DNA of 64,000 nt from an uncultured delta proteobacterium (GCA_963848295.1 CAWKDB010000010.1:1472001-1536000); one strand, 5' to 3'; shown: positions 1 through 11,172, counted from the first letter of the stretch. The notes: generated by a model from the letters alone, not told the origin. A program made the numbers and translations.

Positions 1-1079
1 CCGAAGGCGCCGATGCGGTGTCCGCGCGCGATTGGATGAAGCTGTCCGACGCGAAGTTCGGTCGCGGCTACTCCGGCCGTACGTACATCGCCGCCGACCG
101 CCCCGATCAGGTCCGCCAGATCGTCGATGCGCTGCGCAAGCGCGACCGGGAGGTCCCGCCGTCGCAACGCGCGATCGGCGACATCAAGTCGATCCTCGAC
201 GTCGTGCCCGAGCGCAAAGACCAAGAGGCGAAGATCAAGGTGCTGGACGAGATCCGCCACCTGCTCGATGATCCTGCGCTCGAGGGGCTCGACGACAAGG
301 AGCGCGCCGAGCTCGCAGAGCTGCGGCCTCCGGATCACTTGACGCCGATCACGATCGCGAGCTTGCCCGCGCCGATCCGCGAAGTGCTCACCGAGAAGGA
401 CGGTCGGGTCGGCTACCTGGTCTCGATCCGCCCGGCCGACCGGATGGACGACTGGAACGGTCACGACATGGTCACGTTCGCGAACGCGGTGCGCCGGCTC
501 GATCTCCAGAACGGCGAGACCGTCACGACGTCCGGACCGAGCGTGATCTTCGCGGATATCTTGACCTCGATCGATCGCGACGCGCCGATCGTGACCGCGA
601 TCGCGGCGGTCGGGCTCGTCGTCATGGTGCTGTTGCTCGTCGGACGCAATCGCCGCACCGTCGCGGTGTTGGTCGCGACCGCGGCGGGCTCGCTGTTGAT
701 GGTCGCGGCCTGCGCATTGCTCGGGCTCAAGGTGAACTTCCTCGACTTCGTCGCGCTCCCGATCACGCTCGGCCTCGGCATCGACTACGCGATCAACGTC
801 GCGCATCGGCACGAGTCCGATGAGGTCCCCGATCCGCTCGAGACCTTGCGCACGAGCGGGAGCGCGGTGTTCGTTTGCTCGTCGACCACCATGATCGGCT
901 ACGGCTCGCTGCTGGTCAGCGAGAACCTCGCGATCCGGGGCTTCGGCACCGCGTCGCTGATCGGCGAGATCGCATGTGTGCTGACCGCACTCGTGCTTGT
1001 CCCCGCGCTGCTCGCCGTCGGAAAACGCCGTTCACCGCGCGGAGTCTCCGCCGCCGAACCGGCGGAATACGGCGTATGA
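1..1079 (+). CDS. MMPL/RND-family membrane transporter, C-terminal part (probably 5'-truncated by window edge)
   Basis: TTSGPSVIFADI, multiple TM helices, LGLGIDYAINV and TTMIGYGSLL motifs typical of MMPL. Confidence 0.85.
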   Translation, partial: EGADAVSARDWMKLSDAKFGRGYSGRTYIAADRPDQVRQIVDALRKRDREVPPSQRAIGDIKSILDVVPERKDQEAKIKVLDEIRHLLDDPALEGLDDKERAELAELRPPDHLTPITIASLPAPIREVLTEKDGRVGYLVSIRPADRMDDWNGHDMVTFANAVRRLDLQNGETVTTSGPSVIFADILTSIDRDAPIVTAIAAVGLVVMVLLLVGRNRRTVAVLVATAAGSLLMVAACALLGLKVNFLDFVALPITLGLGIDYAINVAHRHESDEVPDPLETLRTSGSAVFVCSSTTMIGYGSLLVSENLAIRGFGTASLIGEIACVLTALVLVPALLAVGKRRSPRGVSAAEPAEYGV

Positions 1080-1088
1080 TCGACAGTC

Positions 1089-2237
1089 GTGAAGGCCTGC
1101 TGTGCGTTGGTGCTTGCGATCGGCTCGTCGGGTTGTAACTTCACGCTCAACACCGCGCCGAGTGACGCCAACCCACCCGACGCTCGACCCGACGCGAGCC
1201 GCGACGTAGGCTCGGATGCTCCGCTTAACCCGGTCTGCTTCGACGGCCCCTACGCGATTCACGTGTGCATCCAGGGCGGGTTGTCCGGCACGATCCACGT
1301 CACCGACGATCTGGTGATCGACACCGGCGCCGTCCAGAACGCGCTTCCCGGGACGACGAGCTGCGCGATGCTCGCGACCGGCACGACGACGACCGCGTGC
1401 GTGCTCGCGGCCAGCGCGTTCATGCTCGACGGCACCCACGCGTTGTCCGCCCACGGCCCATTGCCGCTGATCGTGCTCGCGGACACCGTCCAGATCGACG
1501 GGCTGATCGACGTGGCGAGCCACTCCGCCACGAACGTCGTCGGCGCGATGGCCAGCCCGATGACCTGCGATGCCGGCACGTTGCCGACCGCAGGCGCCGC
1601 GGGTGGCGGAGCGGGTGGCAGCTATGTGATGAAGGGCGGCAACGGTGGCGATCAGGACGGCGATGGCGGCAGCGGCGGAACCGCCGGGGCAAAGATGGCG
1701 GTCGCGCTCGTCGGTGGGTGCAGTGGCCAGGACGGTGGCACGATGGGCGGAGCGGCCGGCACGGGCGGAGGCGCGATCGCGATCGTCGCCACAACCTCGA
1801 TCGCGATCAGCGGCGGCGGTGGGATCGACGCGTCGGGCGGCGCTGGCGGTGGCGCTCCGGCGATGGCGGCCGATCGAGGCGCTGGCGGTGGTGGTTCTGG
1901 CGGAGCGATCGCGCTGCAAGCACCGACGATCGACAACGATGGTCAGGTGTACGCGAACGGCGGCGGCGGTGGTGGCGGCTGCAACATGGCGACCGCGGGT
2001 GCGGCCGGTGGCGAAGCGATCGATGCGACGACGAAGCCCGCCGGTGGCACCGCGGGCGTAGGTGGCGCAGGCGACGGCGGTGACGGTTTCTACGACGGCC
2101 ACAACAGCGCGAACGGCAAGCCCGGCACGAACAACAACGACGGCGGCGGTGGCGGCGGCGGCGGCGCCGGCATCGTGTTCGCGTCGACGAAACCCGGTGG
2201 CGGCGGCGACATCTCGCCCGCGGTCACCACGCCCTAG
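1089..2237 (+). CDS. Gly-rich secreted lipoprotein
   Basis: Signal peptide ending SSGC, PDA-rich linker, repeated GGGAGG/GGGGSGG blocks. Confidence 0.7.
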   Translation: MKACCALVLAIGSSGCNFTLNTAPSDANPPDARPDASRDVGSDAPLNPVCFDGPYAIHVCIQGGLSGTIHVTDDLVIDTGAVQNALPGTTSCAMLATGTTTTACVLAASAFMLDGTHALSAHGPLPLIVLADTVQIDGLIDVASHSATNVVGAMASPMTCDAGTLPTAGAAGGGAGGSYVMKGGNGGDQDGDGGSGGTAGAKMAVALVGGCSGQDGGTMGGAAGTGGGAIAIVATTSIAISGGGGIDASGGAGGGAPAMAADRGAGGGGSGGAIALQAPTIDNDGQVYANGGGGGGGCNMATAGAAGGEAIDATTKPAGGTAGVGGAGDGGDGFYDGHNSANGKPGTNNNDGGGGGGGGAGIVFASTKPGGGGDISPAVTTP

Positions 2238-3124
2238 GTGAGCCGTTTGCCTTCGGGCGACCAGCGATAATAGCCCTCGCCCGATTTCTTGCCGAGCTTG
2301 CCGGCGGCGACCTTGTCGCGCAGCGACTGCGGCGGTGCAAAGCTCGGCCCGATCGCGGTCGCGAGGTAGTCGGCGATGCCCAGCCGGACGTCGAGCCCGA
2401 CGAGATCGGTGAGCTCGAGCGGCCCCATCGGATGGCCGTAGCCGAGCTTCATGGCGGTGTCGATGTCGGCGGGCGAGGCGACGCCCTGCTCGACCATGCG
2501 CATCGCTTCGAGGCCGATCACGAGCCCGAGCCGACTCGACGCGAAGCCCGGACTGTCGGCGACGGTGATCGGCGTCTTGCCCAATTTCTCGGCGAGCGCG
2601 ACCGCGAGTGCGATCGCGCCGGCATCCGCCTTGGTGTGGCGCACCACCTCGACGAGCTTCATCACGTGCACCGGGTTGAAGAAGTGCATGCCGACGAGCC
2701 GCGCCGGTTCGCGCACCGCCGCGGCGATCTCGGCGATCGGCAGCGACGACGTGTTGGTCGCGAGCAACGCGTTGGCCGGGGTCGCGCGATCGACGGTCGC
2801 GAAGATCTCGCGCTTGAGCTCGATCCGTTCGGGGACGGCTTCGATCACGGCCTGCACGCCGTCGCAAGCGATCGCGAGCTCGGTCGCCGGTGACAACCTC
2901 GCGAGCGCGCTATCGCGGTCCTGCGGCGACAACTTGCCGAGCTCGACGCCCTTGGCAAGGTTCTTCGCGATCTTGTCGATCGCGGCCTCCGCCGCCCCCG
3001 GAATGGCGTCGAACAGTCGCGCGTGGATACCGGCGACCGCGGCGACGTGCGCGATGCCGTGGCCCATCGTGCCGGCTCCGATGACCGCGATGGTGCGAAC
3101 CTGGTCGAGCGTTGGAACGATCAC
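2234..3124 (-). CDS. 3-hydroxyacyl(butyryl)-CoA dehydrogenase
   Basis: GAGTMGHG Rossmann motif, EAVPE, ATNTSS, GMHFFNP, HPMGPLEL; start placed at GTG 3124 within the longer ORF. Confidence 0.92.
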   Translation of the reverse strand: MIVPTLDQVRTIAVIGAGTMGHGIAHVAAVAGIHARLFDAIPGAAEAAIDKIAKNLAKGVELGKLSPQDRDSALARLSPATELAIACDGVQAVIEAVPERIELKREIFATVDRATPANALLATNTSSLPIAEIAAAVREPARLVGMHFFNPVHVMKLVEVVRHTKADAGAIALAVALAEKLGKTPITVADSPGFASSRLGLVIGLEAMRMVEQGVASPADIDTAMKLGYGHPMGPLELTDLVGLDVRLGIADYLATAIGPSFAPPQSLRDKVAAGKLGKKSGEGYYRWSPEGKRLT

Positions 3125-3184
3125 CGCGCGAACGTACGCGATCTGCCGAGTTCTTGAAATCGTACGCGGACGACTACGAGTCGG

Positions 3185-4837
3185 ATGCGGTACCGTGCCG
3201 CCGTGGTCGACATCGATCGTCTGCACCGCGAGCTCGAAGCGATCGTCGGGCCACGACGCGTTTCGATCCGCGAGGTCGACCTCGACGTCTACGCACGCGA
3301 CATGTGGCCGCGCCTCTTGCTCGCGCATCGCGATGGCTCGCCACCGCCCCGCCGACCGCACGCCGTCGTGTGGCCCGAGCATGTTCGCGAGATCGTCGCG
3401 ATCGTCAAGCTCGCGCGCGAGCAGGGCTTGCCGATCGTGCCGTACGGAGGCGGCTCCGGGGTGTGCGGCGGCGCCGTGCCGATCCACGGCGGCATCACGG
3501 TCGACACCAAGCGGATGCAGCAGCTGCGCTCGGTCCGCAACGATGATCTGATCTGCGACGTCGAAGCCGGGCTCAACGGCGAGCGGTTCGAACGCGAGCT
3601 CGAGCGCCGCGGCTACACGTTCGGCCATTTCCCATCGTCGATCTACTGCTCGACCGTCGGGGGCTGGATCGCGACCCGCGCCGCCGGCCAGCTGTCGACG
3701 AAGTACGGCAAGGTCGAAGACCGCGTCGCCGGCCTCACGATCGTCACGGGCCGCGGCGAGATCGTCGAGACCGACGGGCCGAATCGAGCGCTGCGCGGCC
3801 CGAGCTGGAGCCAGCTCATCCTCGGCAGCGAGGGCACGCTGGGGCTCATCACGTCGGCGCGCCTGCGCGTATCGCCGGCGCCGCAGCTCCGGGTGTTTCG
3901 CGGGTTCGAGATCGGCAGCGTCGAACAAGGCGTCCATGCGATCCGTCGTGTCTTGCAGAAGGGCCTGCGGCCCGCGGTCGTCCGGCTCTACGACGAGCTC
4001 GATACGCTGATCGAGTCGTTCGGTCACCACGAAGGCCCGGCCGACAAGCAGCCCGACAAGGATCCGCGCGCGCCCGCGCCACCGATCGCGACCGGCGCGT
4101 TGCCCGCGTGGCCCGATAGCGAGGCTCCCGACGACGATCCGCTGTCCGATCGCTTGATCGGCAAGCTGGTCGGCTTCGCGAAGCGGCGCGCGCTCGAGAG
4201 CGGAGGTGTCGTCAACAAGCTCGCGAATGCGGTCGCGGAGAAGGTCGCTCGCCGCGGCTGTCGGATGGTGATCGGGCTCGAAGGCGCGCGCATTCGCACC
4301 GAGGTCGAAGCCGCGTTGACGTTCGGCGAGCTCGAGGCCGCGGGCGCGCGCGACAAAGGTGAGGATCCGGGCTGGGCTTGGCTGCGCCGGCGCTACGCGG
4401 TGAGCTATCGGATGTCGCCGGTGTTTCGCGACGGCGCGTTCGTCGACACGATGGAGGTCGCCGCGAGCTGGGAGCGGCTGATGGACCTTTATCACGCCGT
4501 GCGCGCGGCGCTGTCGCAGCACGCGGTCGTGATGGCGCACTTCTCTCATGCGTATCGAGACGGCTGCTCGATCTACTTCACGTTCGCCGGTCAAGCGGAC
4601 GATACCGCGACCTCGGAGCGCCGTTACGACTCGATCTGGCGCGACGGGCTCGAGGCGACGACGCGGGTCGGCGGCACGATCAGCCATCACCACGGCGTCG
4701 GCTTGCTCAAGGCGCCGTACATGGCGGGCGAGCATCGCGAGGCGATGGCGATCTTCGAGGGCATCAAGCGCAGCTTCGATCCCGACAACATCTTCAACCC
4801 GGGCAAGATGGGCCTGCGCGGAACGCCGAAGTCATGA
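3185..4837 (+). CDS. FAD-binding oxidoreductase, alkyl-DHAP synthase-like
   Basis: PYGGGSG, GHFPSS..STVGGW, GSEGTLG, HFSHAY, ISHHHGVG, DPDNIFNPGK. Confidence 0.85.
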   Translation: MRYRAAVVDIDRLHRELEAIVGPRRVSIREVDLDVYARDMWPRLLLAHRDGSPPPRRPHAVVWPEHVREIVAIVKLAREQGLPIVPYGGGSGVCGGAVPIHGGITVDTKRMQQLRSVRNDDLICDVEAGLNGERFERELERRGYTFGHFPSSIYCSTVGGWIATRAAGQLSTKYGKVEDRVAGLTIVTGRGEIVETDGPNRALRGPSWSQLILGSEGTLGLITSARLRVSPAPQLRVFRGFEIGSVEQGVHAIRRVLQKGLRPAVVRLYDELDTLIESFGHHEGPADKQPDKDPRAPAPPIATGALPAWPDSEAPDDDPLSDRLIGKLVGFAKRRALESGGVVNKLANAVAEKVARRGCRMVIGLEGARIRTEVEAALTFGELEAAGARDKGEDPGWAWLRRRYAVSYRMSPVFRDGAFVDTMEVAASWERLMDLYHAVRAALSQHAVVMAHFSHAYRDGCSIYFTFAGQADDTATSERRYDSIWRDGLEATTRVGGTISHHHGVGLLKAPYMAGEHREAMAIFEGIKRSFDPDNIFNPGKMGLRGTPKS

Positions 4838-6072
4838 CGACGTTGCGCGAGCAACTCGTCGCCGCGGTCGGCGTCGGAGCGGTCGACGAGCTCGGCGATC
4901 CCGCCGGCTTGCGCGTCGCGCCGCGCTCCGCTGCGGAAGTCGCCGAGGTCGTTCGCCGCACCGCCGCTGCCGGGGGAGCGGTGTACCCCGTCGGCGCCGG
5001 CGGTCGCCCCGCTCACCATCACGATCCGCGACCCCGCGTGTTCATCTCGACTCGCCGGCTCGATCAGGTCTTGCAGATCGACGAGCAATCGCTGCTCGTC
5101 CACGTCCAGGCGGGCGTCACCGGGATCGAGCTCGAGCGCGTGCTCGCGCCGCGGGGCCTGTCGGTCGGCGACTATCCCCCGGCGGTGTTGGCGTCGTCGC
5201 TCGGCGGCCTGCTCGCGGTGCGTACGCCGGGAAAATCGAGCGCGCGCCACGGCTTCTTCGAGGAGGCGGTCGCCGGCGTCTCGGCGGTGCTCGCCGATGG
5301 CCGCACCGTTCACACCCGCGTCGCGCCACGGCGATCGACCGGCCCCGACTTCGCGCGCGCGTTGTGCGGCAGCGAGGGCACGATCGGCTTCATCACGTCG
5401 GCGGTGTTGCGCGTCCACACGCGTCCGGAAGCGCGGCTCGTCGCGGCGTATCGGTTATCGTCGATCGACGCTGCGGTCTCGGCCGTGTATCTCGCGCTGC
5501 GTGAGGAGGCCGAGCCTTCGGGCTTGCGGATCTACGATGCGGCCGAAGCCGCACGGCACTTCGAGGGCCTGCCCGGCATGCCGTTGCGCGATGGTGAAGT
5601 GCTGCTGTGCGCCGCGACCGCGGGCCCGACGGATCTCGCGGCGTGCGACCGCGATCTGATCACGAGCGCGGTGCTCGCGGAAGGCGGCGCGGTCGCCGAG
5701 CACGCGCTTGCCGATCTGTGGTGGCGAAGGTTGCACGCCGGAGAACCAACACCCGGTCCGGGACCGACGCTGCAGATCATGGCGAGCCCGGGCAAGCTGC
5801 GCGCGGTCTACCACGCCGTCGCGACGACCGCGGTCGAGCGCGCCGCTTCGCTGCGCACGCACATCTCTCGGTTCGATGCCGACGGCGCCGTGATGTTCTT
5901 CACGCTCGATCCCGGCGATGACGTCACCTGCGCGCATGCCGAACGATCCGCGGAGGGCGCCGGCGGTTGGTTGCTCGGCGCACGCGCGGTCAAGCTCGAC
6001 CCGTATCTGCGATCGCTCCGCGATTCGCTCGATCCGAACCGGGTGCTAAACCCGGGCACGCTGGCGACATAG
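4834..6072 (+). CDS. Second FAD-binding oxidoreductase paralog, degenerate C-terminus
   Basis: ATG overlaps upstream stop; GSEGTIG, DPNRVLNPG; lacks HHHG. Confidence 0.8.
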   Translation: MTTLREQLVAAVGVGAVDELGDPAGLRVAPRSAAEVAEVVRRTAAAGGAVYPVGAGGRPAHHHDPRPRVFISTRRLDQVLQIDEQSLLVHVQAGVTGIELERVLAPRGLSVGDYPPAVLASSLGGLLAVRTPGKSSARHGFFEEAVAGVSAVLADGRTVHTRVAPRRSTGPDFARALCGSEGTIGFITSAVLRVHTRPEARLVAAYRLSSIDAAVSAVYLALREEAEPSGLRIYDAAEAARHFEGLPGMPLRDGEVLLCAATAGPTDLAACDRDLITSAVLAEGGAVAEHALADLWWRRLHAGEPTPGPGPTLQIMASPGKLRAVYHAVATTAVERAASLRTHISRFDADGAVMFFTLDPGDDVTCAHAERSAEGAGGWLLGARAVKLDPYLRSLRDSLDPNRVLNPGTLAT

Positions 6073-6179
6073 CACCCTGATAGCCGGCTGGCCGAGTAGC
6101 CGGCTCGATGGCGCAGCGCGGAAAGTCTGCGCAGCACCGGGGCTCGCGCGTGGTCCACCGCGTGCACTTAGTCGCCGTC

Positions 6180-7268
6180 ATGAGGATCGTCGTCTCCTGC
6201 TTGGCGTTGACACTCGCGGCTTGTGCGTTCGACACGCCGGCCCCTGGAACGGATCCCGGCACCGGCGGTAGCGGAAAAGCCGACGGCGACGGTTCGGGCT
6301 CGGGTTCGGGCTCGGGTTCGGGCTCGGGCTCGGGCTCGGGCACCGGTTTCGCGCCGGTCCCCGACATCCAGTGCGCCGGCGCGCCCGACGCAGGCCCCGC
6401 GGGCGCGTTCAACCACGTCAGCAGCGAGATCATCTCGGCGCTCGGCGACCCGAAGCACCGCGGCTTCGACCTCGTGACGCCCGCGAGCGCCGACCCTCAA
6501 GCGCTCGAAGGGTGGATCTCCTACACGATCGCCGACAAGGCGCTCGAAGATGAAAATGTCGACGTGTTCGCGTGCAACGACCAGCAGCAGTGGGAGAACG
6601 TCGGTAGCGCGACCACCGACGACGAAGGTCACTTTTCGCTGTCGCTCACGGGCTCGGCTCGGCTCGGCATCGGCTTGCGCGATCTCTACGTGTCGGTCAC
6701 CGGCGATCGCACCGGCGTGAGCTTCCTCGCGTACGTCGCGCCCGACGGCTCGCCGCTGCTCGTGTCCGATGTCGACGGCACGCTGACCTCATCCGAAGAT
6801 GCGTTCGCCGAAACGATCCTGCTCGGCATCGAGCCCGATGCTCAACCCGGCGCCGCGACCGCGTATAGCGGCGCGCAAGCGAAGGGCTATCAACCGGTCT
6901 ACGTCACCGCGCGCGGCAACCAATACACCACCGATACGCGCCAGTGGCTGTCGGACAAAGGCTTCCCGCGTGGCCCGGTGCGGCTATCACCATCGTTCGT
7001 CACGCTACCGGGCGGCGACACGATCGACTACAAGACGTCGACGATCACAGGGCTCGGGCAAGGCCTCGACGTCGCGATGGGTGTTGGCAACCGCGATAGC
7101 GACATCACCGCATACACGAATTCCGACGTCGCGCCCGATCGCATCTTCATCCTGTTGCCCGAGTATCAGAGTGAATGCCAAGCCGACCTCGACGCCGGTA
7201 AGGCGCTCGGCTTCACCGCGTACTCCGATCTCGCGAGCACGTACATCTCGGCGCTACCGACCGAGTAA
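6180..7268 (+). CDS. Lipoprotein with LNS2/PITP-type HAD domain
   Basis: Lipobox LAAC, GS linker, SDVDGTLT, YVTAR, GFPRG, GNRDSD. Confidence 0.75.
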   Translation: MRIVVSCLALTLAACAFDTPAPGTDPGTGGSGKADGDGSGSGSGSGSGSGSGSGTGFAPVPDIQCAGAPDAGPAGAFNHVSSEIISALGDPKHRGFDLVTPASADPQALEGWISYTIADKALEDENVDVFACNDQQQWENVGSATTDDEGHFSLSLTGSARLGIGLRDLYVSVTGDRTGVSFLAYVAPDGSPLLVSDVDGTLTSSEDAFAETILLGIEPDAQPGAATAYSGAQAKGYQPVYVTARGNQYTTDTRQWLSDKGFPRGPVRLSPSFVTLPGGDTIDYKTSTITGLGQGLDVAMGVGNRDSDITAYTNSDVAPDRIFILLPEYQSECQADLDAGKALGFTAYSDLASTYISALPTE

Positions 7269-8768
7269 TCAGTCTGACTTCTGCATATCGGCGACGAGCT
7301 TGCGCATGAACAGCTCGATATTGCGGCGGAGCGCCGGGTCCTCGCACACCGGCAGCGCGCGGCGCCAGGTCTCGACCGCGCGCGCGTGGAGCCCCTGGCG
7401 AAAATACAGATACGCGAGCCGGGTCAACGCCGGGAAGTAGCCGGGCTGGAGCTCGACGACCGCTTCGTACTCGTCGACGGCCTCGGGCCAGCGCGACGCT
7501 CGCTGCAGCATGTTCGCGAGCATGAAGTGGAGCTTCGGGCTGACCGGATCGGTGACGAGCGCGCCGCGCAACCCCGCGATCGCGCCGTCGACGTCACCGG
7601 CGTGATAGCGCCCGAGCGCATCGGCGAGCTCGGCGTCGTGATCGATGCGCTCCTCCGGGATCAGATCGCGGAGCAGGCGCTGCACGCGCCGCATGTCGAA
7701 CGGCTTCTCGAGGTACGCATCGGCCGCAACTCGCTGCAGCATCTCCTCCGGAACCTGCCCGGTGTCGACGACCGAGGTCGTGACGATCACGCGCGCGCGG
7801 GCGAGCCGGCGGCTGCGCTTGATCGCGGCGCACAGCTGGAGCCCGTCGGTGCCAGGCGTCGCGACATCGGCGAAGACCAGATCGAACGACATCGACGACA
7901 ACAGATCGATCGCCTTGCCCCCGTCGCCGACCGCCTGGCACTCGAACCCGGCGCGCTCGAGCTCGGCGACGAGGTTCATCCGCGCGGTCGCGTCCGGATC
8001 GACGACCAGCACGCGCGGTTTGCCACCGACCGTGTCGGCGGGCTCGACCGTGCCAGCGCGATCGAGCTCGGCGGTGACCACGCTGTTCGTTTCGTCCGGT
8101 AACGGCGTGCGCCCGTTCGAGGTCGTCGTCGTCGAGATATGCCAATCGCCGGTCAGCGTCGAGCTCGGCCCGTGCTCCTCGGACGGTAGCTCGTCGTCGG
8201 CCTCGATCGCACGCGCCGCTTCTTCGGCGAGCGCGCGCTGCGCCTGGCGATGCTCGTCCTCGCCGCCATCGGGGTAGACGATCGCGAGGTATTGCCCCGA
8301 GCGATCGATCTCGGGGCCGATCAGGTAGGGCTCGCCCGCTTTCCACTTGCGAAAGCCGAGGCGAATCGTCCGGGCCAGCGTGAGGTCGAGCGCGAGCCGG
8401 AGCTCGACCTGCTTGCCGCGCGAGGCGCCGAGCTCGCGCGCCGGCACGATCGCGTCTTCAGGACGCGCCGCCGCGATCACCAGCGTGTGCTCGTCCTCGG
8501 CCACGACCAGCGCGCTGAAGATCCGCGCCCACTCGGCCGAGACGTGCTCCAGGACGTCCAGCCGGATCGTCGACTCGTCGAACACGATCGCGGGCCAGCC
8601 GGTCTGGGCGGAGAGCGCGGTGCACAGCTGGCGCTCGGTGGCGTAGCCGAGCGCGTAAAGCTCGGAGGCCACAGGGTGCCGGCCGCTCTGTCGCGCCAGG
8701 GCGTCGTTCAGGGCGCTCGCGTCGATCACGCCCTGCGCGATCAACAGCTGCCCGATGGAGCCTCGCAC
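7269..8768 (-). CDS. MshEN/GSPII_N-like + receiver + TPR protein
   Basis: N-terminal IGQLLIAQGVI..ALARQ, VLVVD..FADVATPGTDG..KPF receiver, C-terminal TPRs. Confidence 0.8.
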   Translation of the reverse strand: MRGSIGQLLIAQGVIDASALNDALARQSGRHPVASELYALGYATERQLCTALSAQTGWPAIVFDESTIRLDVLEHVSAEWARIFSALVVAEDEHTLVIAAARPEDAIVPARELGASRGKQVELRLALDLTLARTIRLGFRKWKAGEPYLIGPEIDRSGQYLAIVYPDGGEDEHRQAQRALAEEAARAIEADDELPSEEHGPSSTLTGDWHISTTTTSNGRTPLPDETNSVVTAELDRAGTVEPADTVGGKPRVLVVDPDATARMNLVAELERAGFECQAVGDGGKAIDLLSSMSFDLVFADVATPGTDGLQLCAAIKRSRRLARARVIVTTSVVDTGQVPEEMLQRVAADAYLEKPFDMRRVQRLLRDLIPEERIDHDAELADALGRYHAGDVDGAIAGLRGALVTDPVSPKLHFMLANMLQRASRWPEAVDEYEAVVELQPGYFPALTRLAYLYFRQGLHARAVETWRRALPVCEDPALRRNIELFMRKLVADMQKSD

Positions 8769-9050
8769 GGAAGCCCGAACGTATCACCGCTTGATCGAAT
8801 GTGAGGAATGCAAGTCCTTGAGATCCTGATGACCGATCGCCGACGCGTGCTGCGCCGTGTCGAATTCACTGGCGATCAGGCATGTGATTGATAGACTCCA
8901 CCGCCCTTAGGAGCCTGCGGCTTCCGGCATGTGACAGCTTGGCGCAATCGAGAACCCCTTACAAAAGTCAAACGGCTGTAGCGATTAAGGTTTTCTCGAG
9001 TAGCCGCGCCGGCACCCACATTGCTTTGTAGTAGCCCAGAGGAGAACCCG

Positions 9051-9536
9051 ATGTCCGATTTCAGAATTGGCGAGAAGACCGTCTACCCCGCCCACGGCGT
9101 GGCTGAGGTGATCGGGATCGAGAAGAAAGAGATCAACACCACGGTGTGCTCTTTCTACGTCCTCAAGGTGCTCGCCAGCGGCATGCAGATCCTCGTGCCC
9201 AAGGACAAGGCGGACCAGGTCGGGCTCCGCCCGGTCGCGACCTCGGGCGAGATCGACGAAGTATTCGACATCCTTCGCGAGAAGGACGTCCACATCGACA
9301 AGCAGACGTGGAACCGGCGCTATCGCGGGTTCATGGAGAAGATCAAGACCGGCTCGTTGTTCGACGTCGCCGAGGTCTATCGCGACCTGTATCGCCTGAA
9401 GACCAGCAAGGTGCTGTCGTTCGGCGAGCGCAAGATGCTCGAGAGCGCGAAGCAGCTGATCGTCAAGGAGCTCGCGGTCGCCCGGAAATGGACCGAGGAG
9501 AAGGTCGAAGCCGAGCTCGAGAAGGCCTGCGCGTAG
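9051..9536 (+). CDS. cdnL: CarD/CdnL family RNA polymerase-binding regulator
   Basis: FRIGEKTVYPAHGV, TWNRRYR, LSFGERKML; AGGAG RBS upstream; no HMGA-like tail. Confidence 0.88.
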   Translation: MSDFRIGEKTVYPAHGVAEVIGIEKKEINTTVCSFYVLKVLASGMQILVPKDKADQVGLRPVATSGEIDEVFDILREKDVHIDKQTWNRRYRGFMEKIKTGSLFDVAEVYRDLYRLKTSKVLSFGERKMLESAKQLIVKELAVARKWTEEKVEAELEKACA

Positions 9537-9596
9537 TCTGCCCCGGTTGGTGGTGCTTGCCTTTAGCGAAACCGGCGTGTTAGGGCTGCGAGCCGC

Positions 9597-10106
9597 ATGC
9601 AGGTTCACGTAGCTCAGGCAGAAATCTGGACGTTGCCGGTCGACGCCGTGGTCAACCCGGCGAACTCGCTGGGCATCATGGGCGGTGGTATCGGTGGGTC
9701 GCTCAGGCGCCAAGGGGGCGACGTGATCCAGCAGGCCGCCATGGCCGCCGCGCCGATCGCGGTGGGTGCTGCATTGGTGACGACCGCCGGCCAGTTGCCC
9801 GCGAAGAACGTCATCCACGTACCGACGATGGAAGAGCCCGGGATGAAGATCGGCGCCGAGAACGTCCGGCGTGCCGCGCGCGCCGCGTTGATCGCTGCCG
9901 ACCGCAACGGCTTCAAGGTCATCGCGATCCCGGGCATCGGCACCGACCTGGGCGACGTACCGGTCGACGAAGCCGCACGCGCGATCGTCGAAGAAGTCCG
10001 CGCGCACCGCCGGCCGAATCCGGAGACGATCTATCTCGTCGACATGAACGAGTACATGATCGCCGCGCTCGAAGAGGCCCTGCGCAACGCGCAGGCGAAC
10101 CTCTAG
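9597..10106 (+). CDS. Macro domain (ADP-ribose-binding) protein
   Basis: DAVVNPANS..GGGIGG, VIHVP, IAIPGIGT. Confidence 0.88.
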   Translation: MQVHVAQAEIWTLPVDAVVNPANSLGIMGGGIGGSLRRQGGDVIQQAAMAAAPIAVGAALVTTAGQLPAKNVIHVPTMEEPGMKIGAENVRRAARAALIAADRNGFKVIAIPGIGTDLGDVPVDEAARAIVEEVRAHRRPNPETIYLVDMNEYMIAALEEALRNAQANL

Positions 10107-10222
10107 CGGCGACTGCGCGCGAACCGCGATCGCGCCGCTCGAATCAAGTCGACGCTATCACACGGAAAATCTGCGCGTCCGCGCGTTGACCGGCAACGCG
10201 GTCGCCATATACTGCGCTCGCT

Positions 10223-10617
10223 TTGCAGCTCGCTGCATATATGCCTGCCGGGGTCGCGATCGCGTTCGCCCTTGGTTTCAGCTGTCTGTTCACCGCGCTC
10301 GCGGTCCTGATCGGGCCGAAGGCGACGAACCCGGACAAGCTCAAGCCGTTCGAGTGCGGCTCCGAGCCGATCGGGTCGCCGCGCGGCCGCTACTCGGTGC
10401 GGTTCTATCAAGTCGCGATCTTGTTCCTCGTGTTCGATATCGAGGCGGCGTTCATGTACCCGTGGGCGATCCTCTACAAGCAGCTGTCGACCGTCTCGAC
10501 GGTGATCAACGGCGTCCGCGTGACCGGGGTCAGCGTGTTCGGGTTCGTCGAGATGCTCGTGTTCGTCGCGATCCTGGTCGTCGCCCTCGCCTACGTGTGG
10601 AGAAAGAAGGCGATCGG

Positions 10618-10627
<10 letters not shown>
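10223..10627 (+). CDS. nuoA: NADH-quinone oxidoreductase subunit A
   Basis: KLKPFECG, FLVFDIE..MYPWA; alternative start ATG 10241. Confidence 0.92.
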
Positions 10628-11169
<542 letters not shown>

Positions 11170-11172
11170 CCC

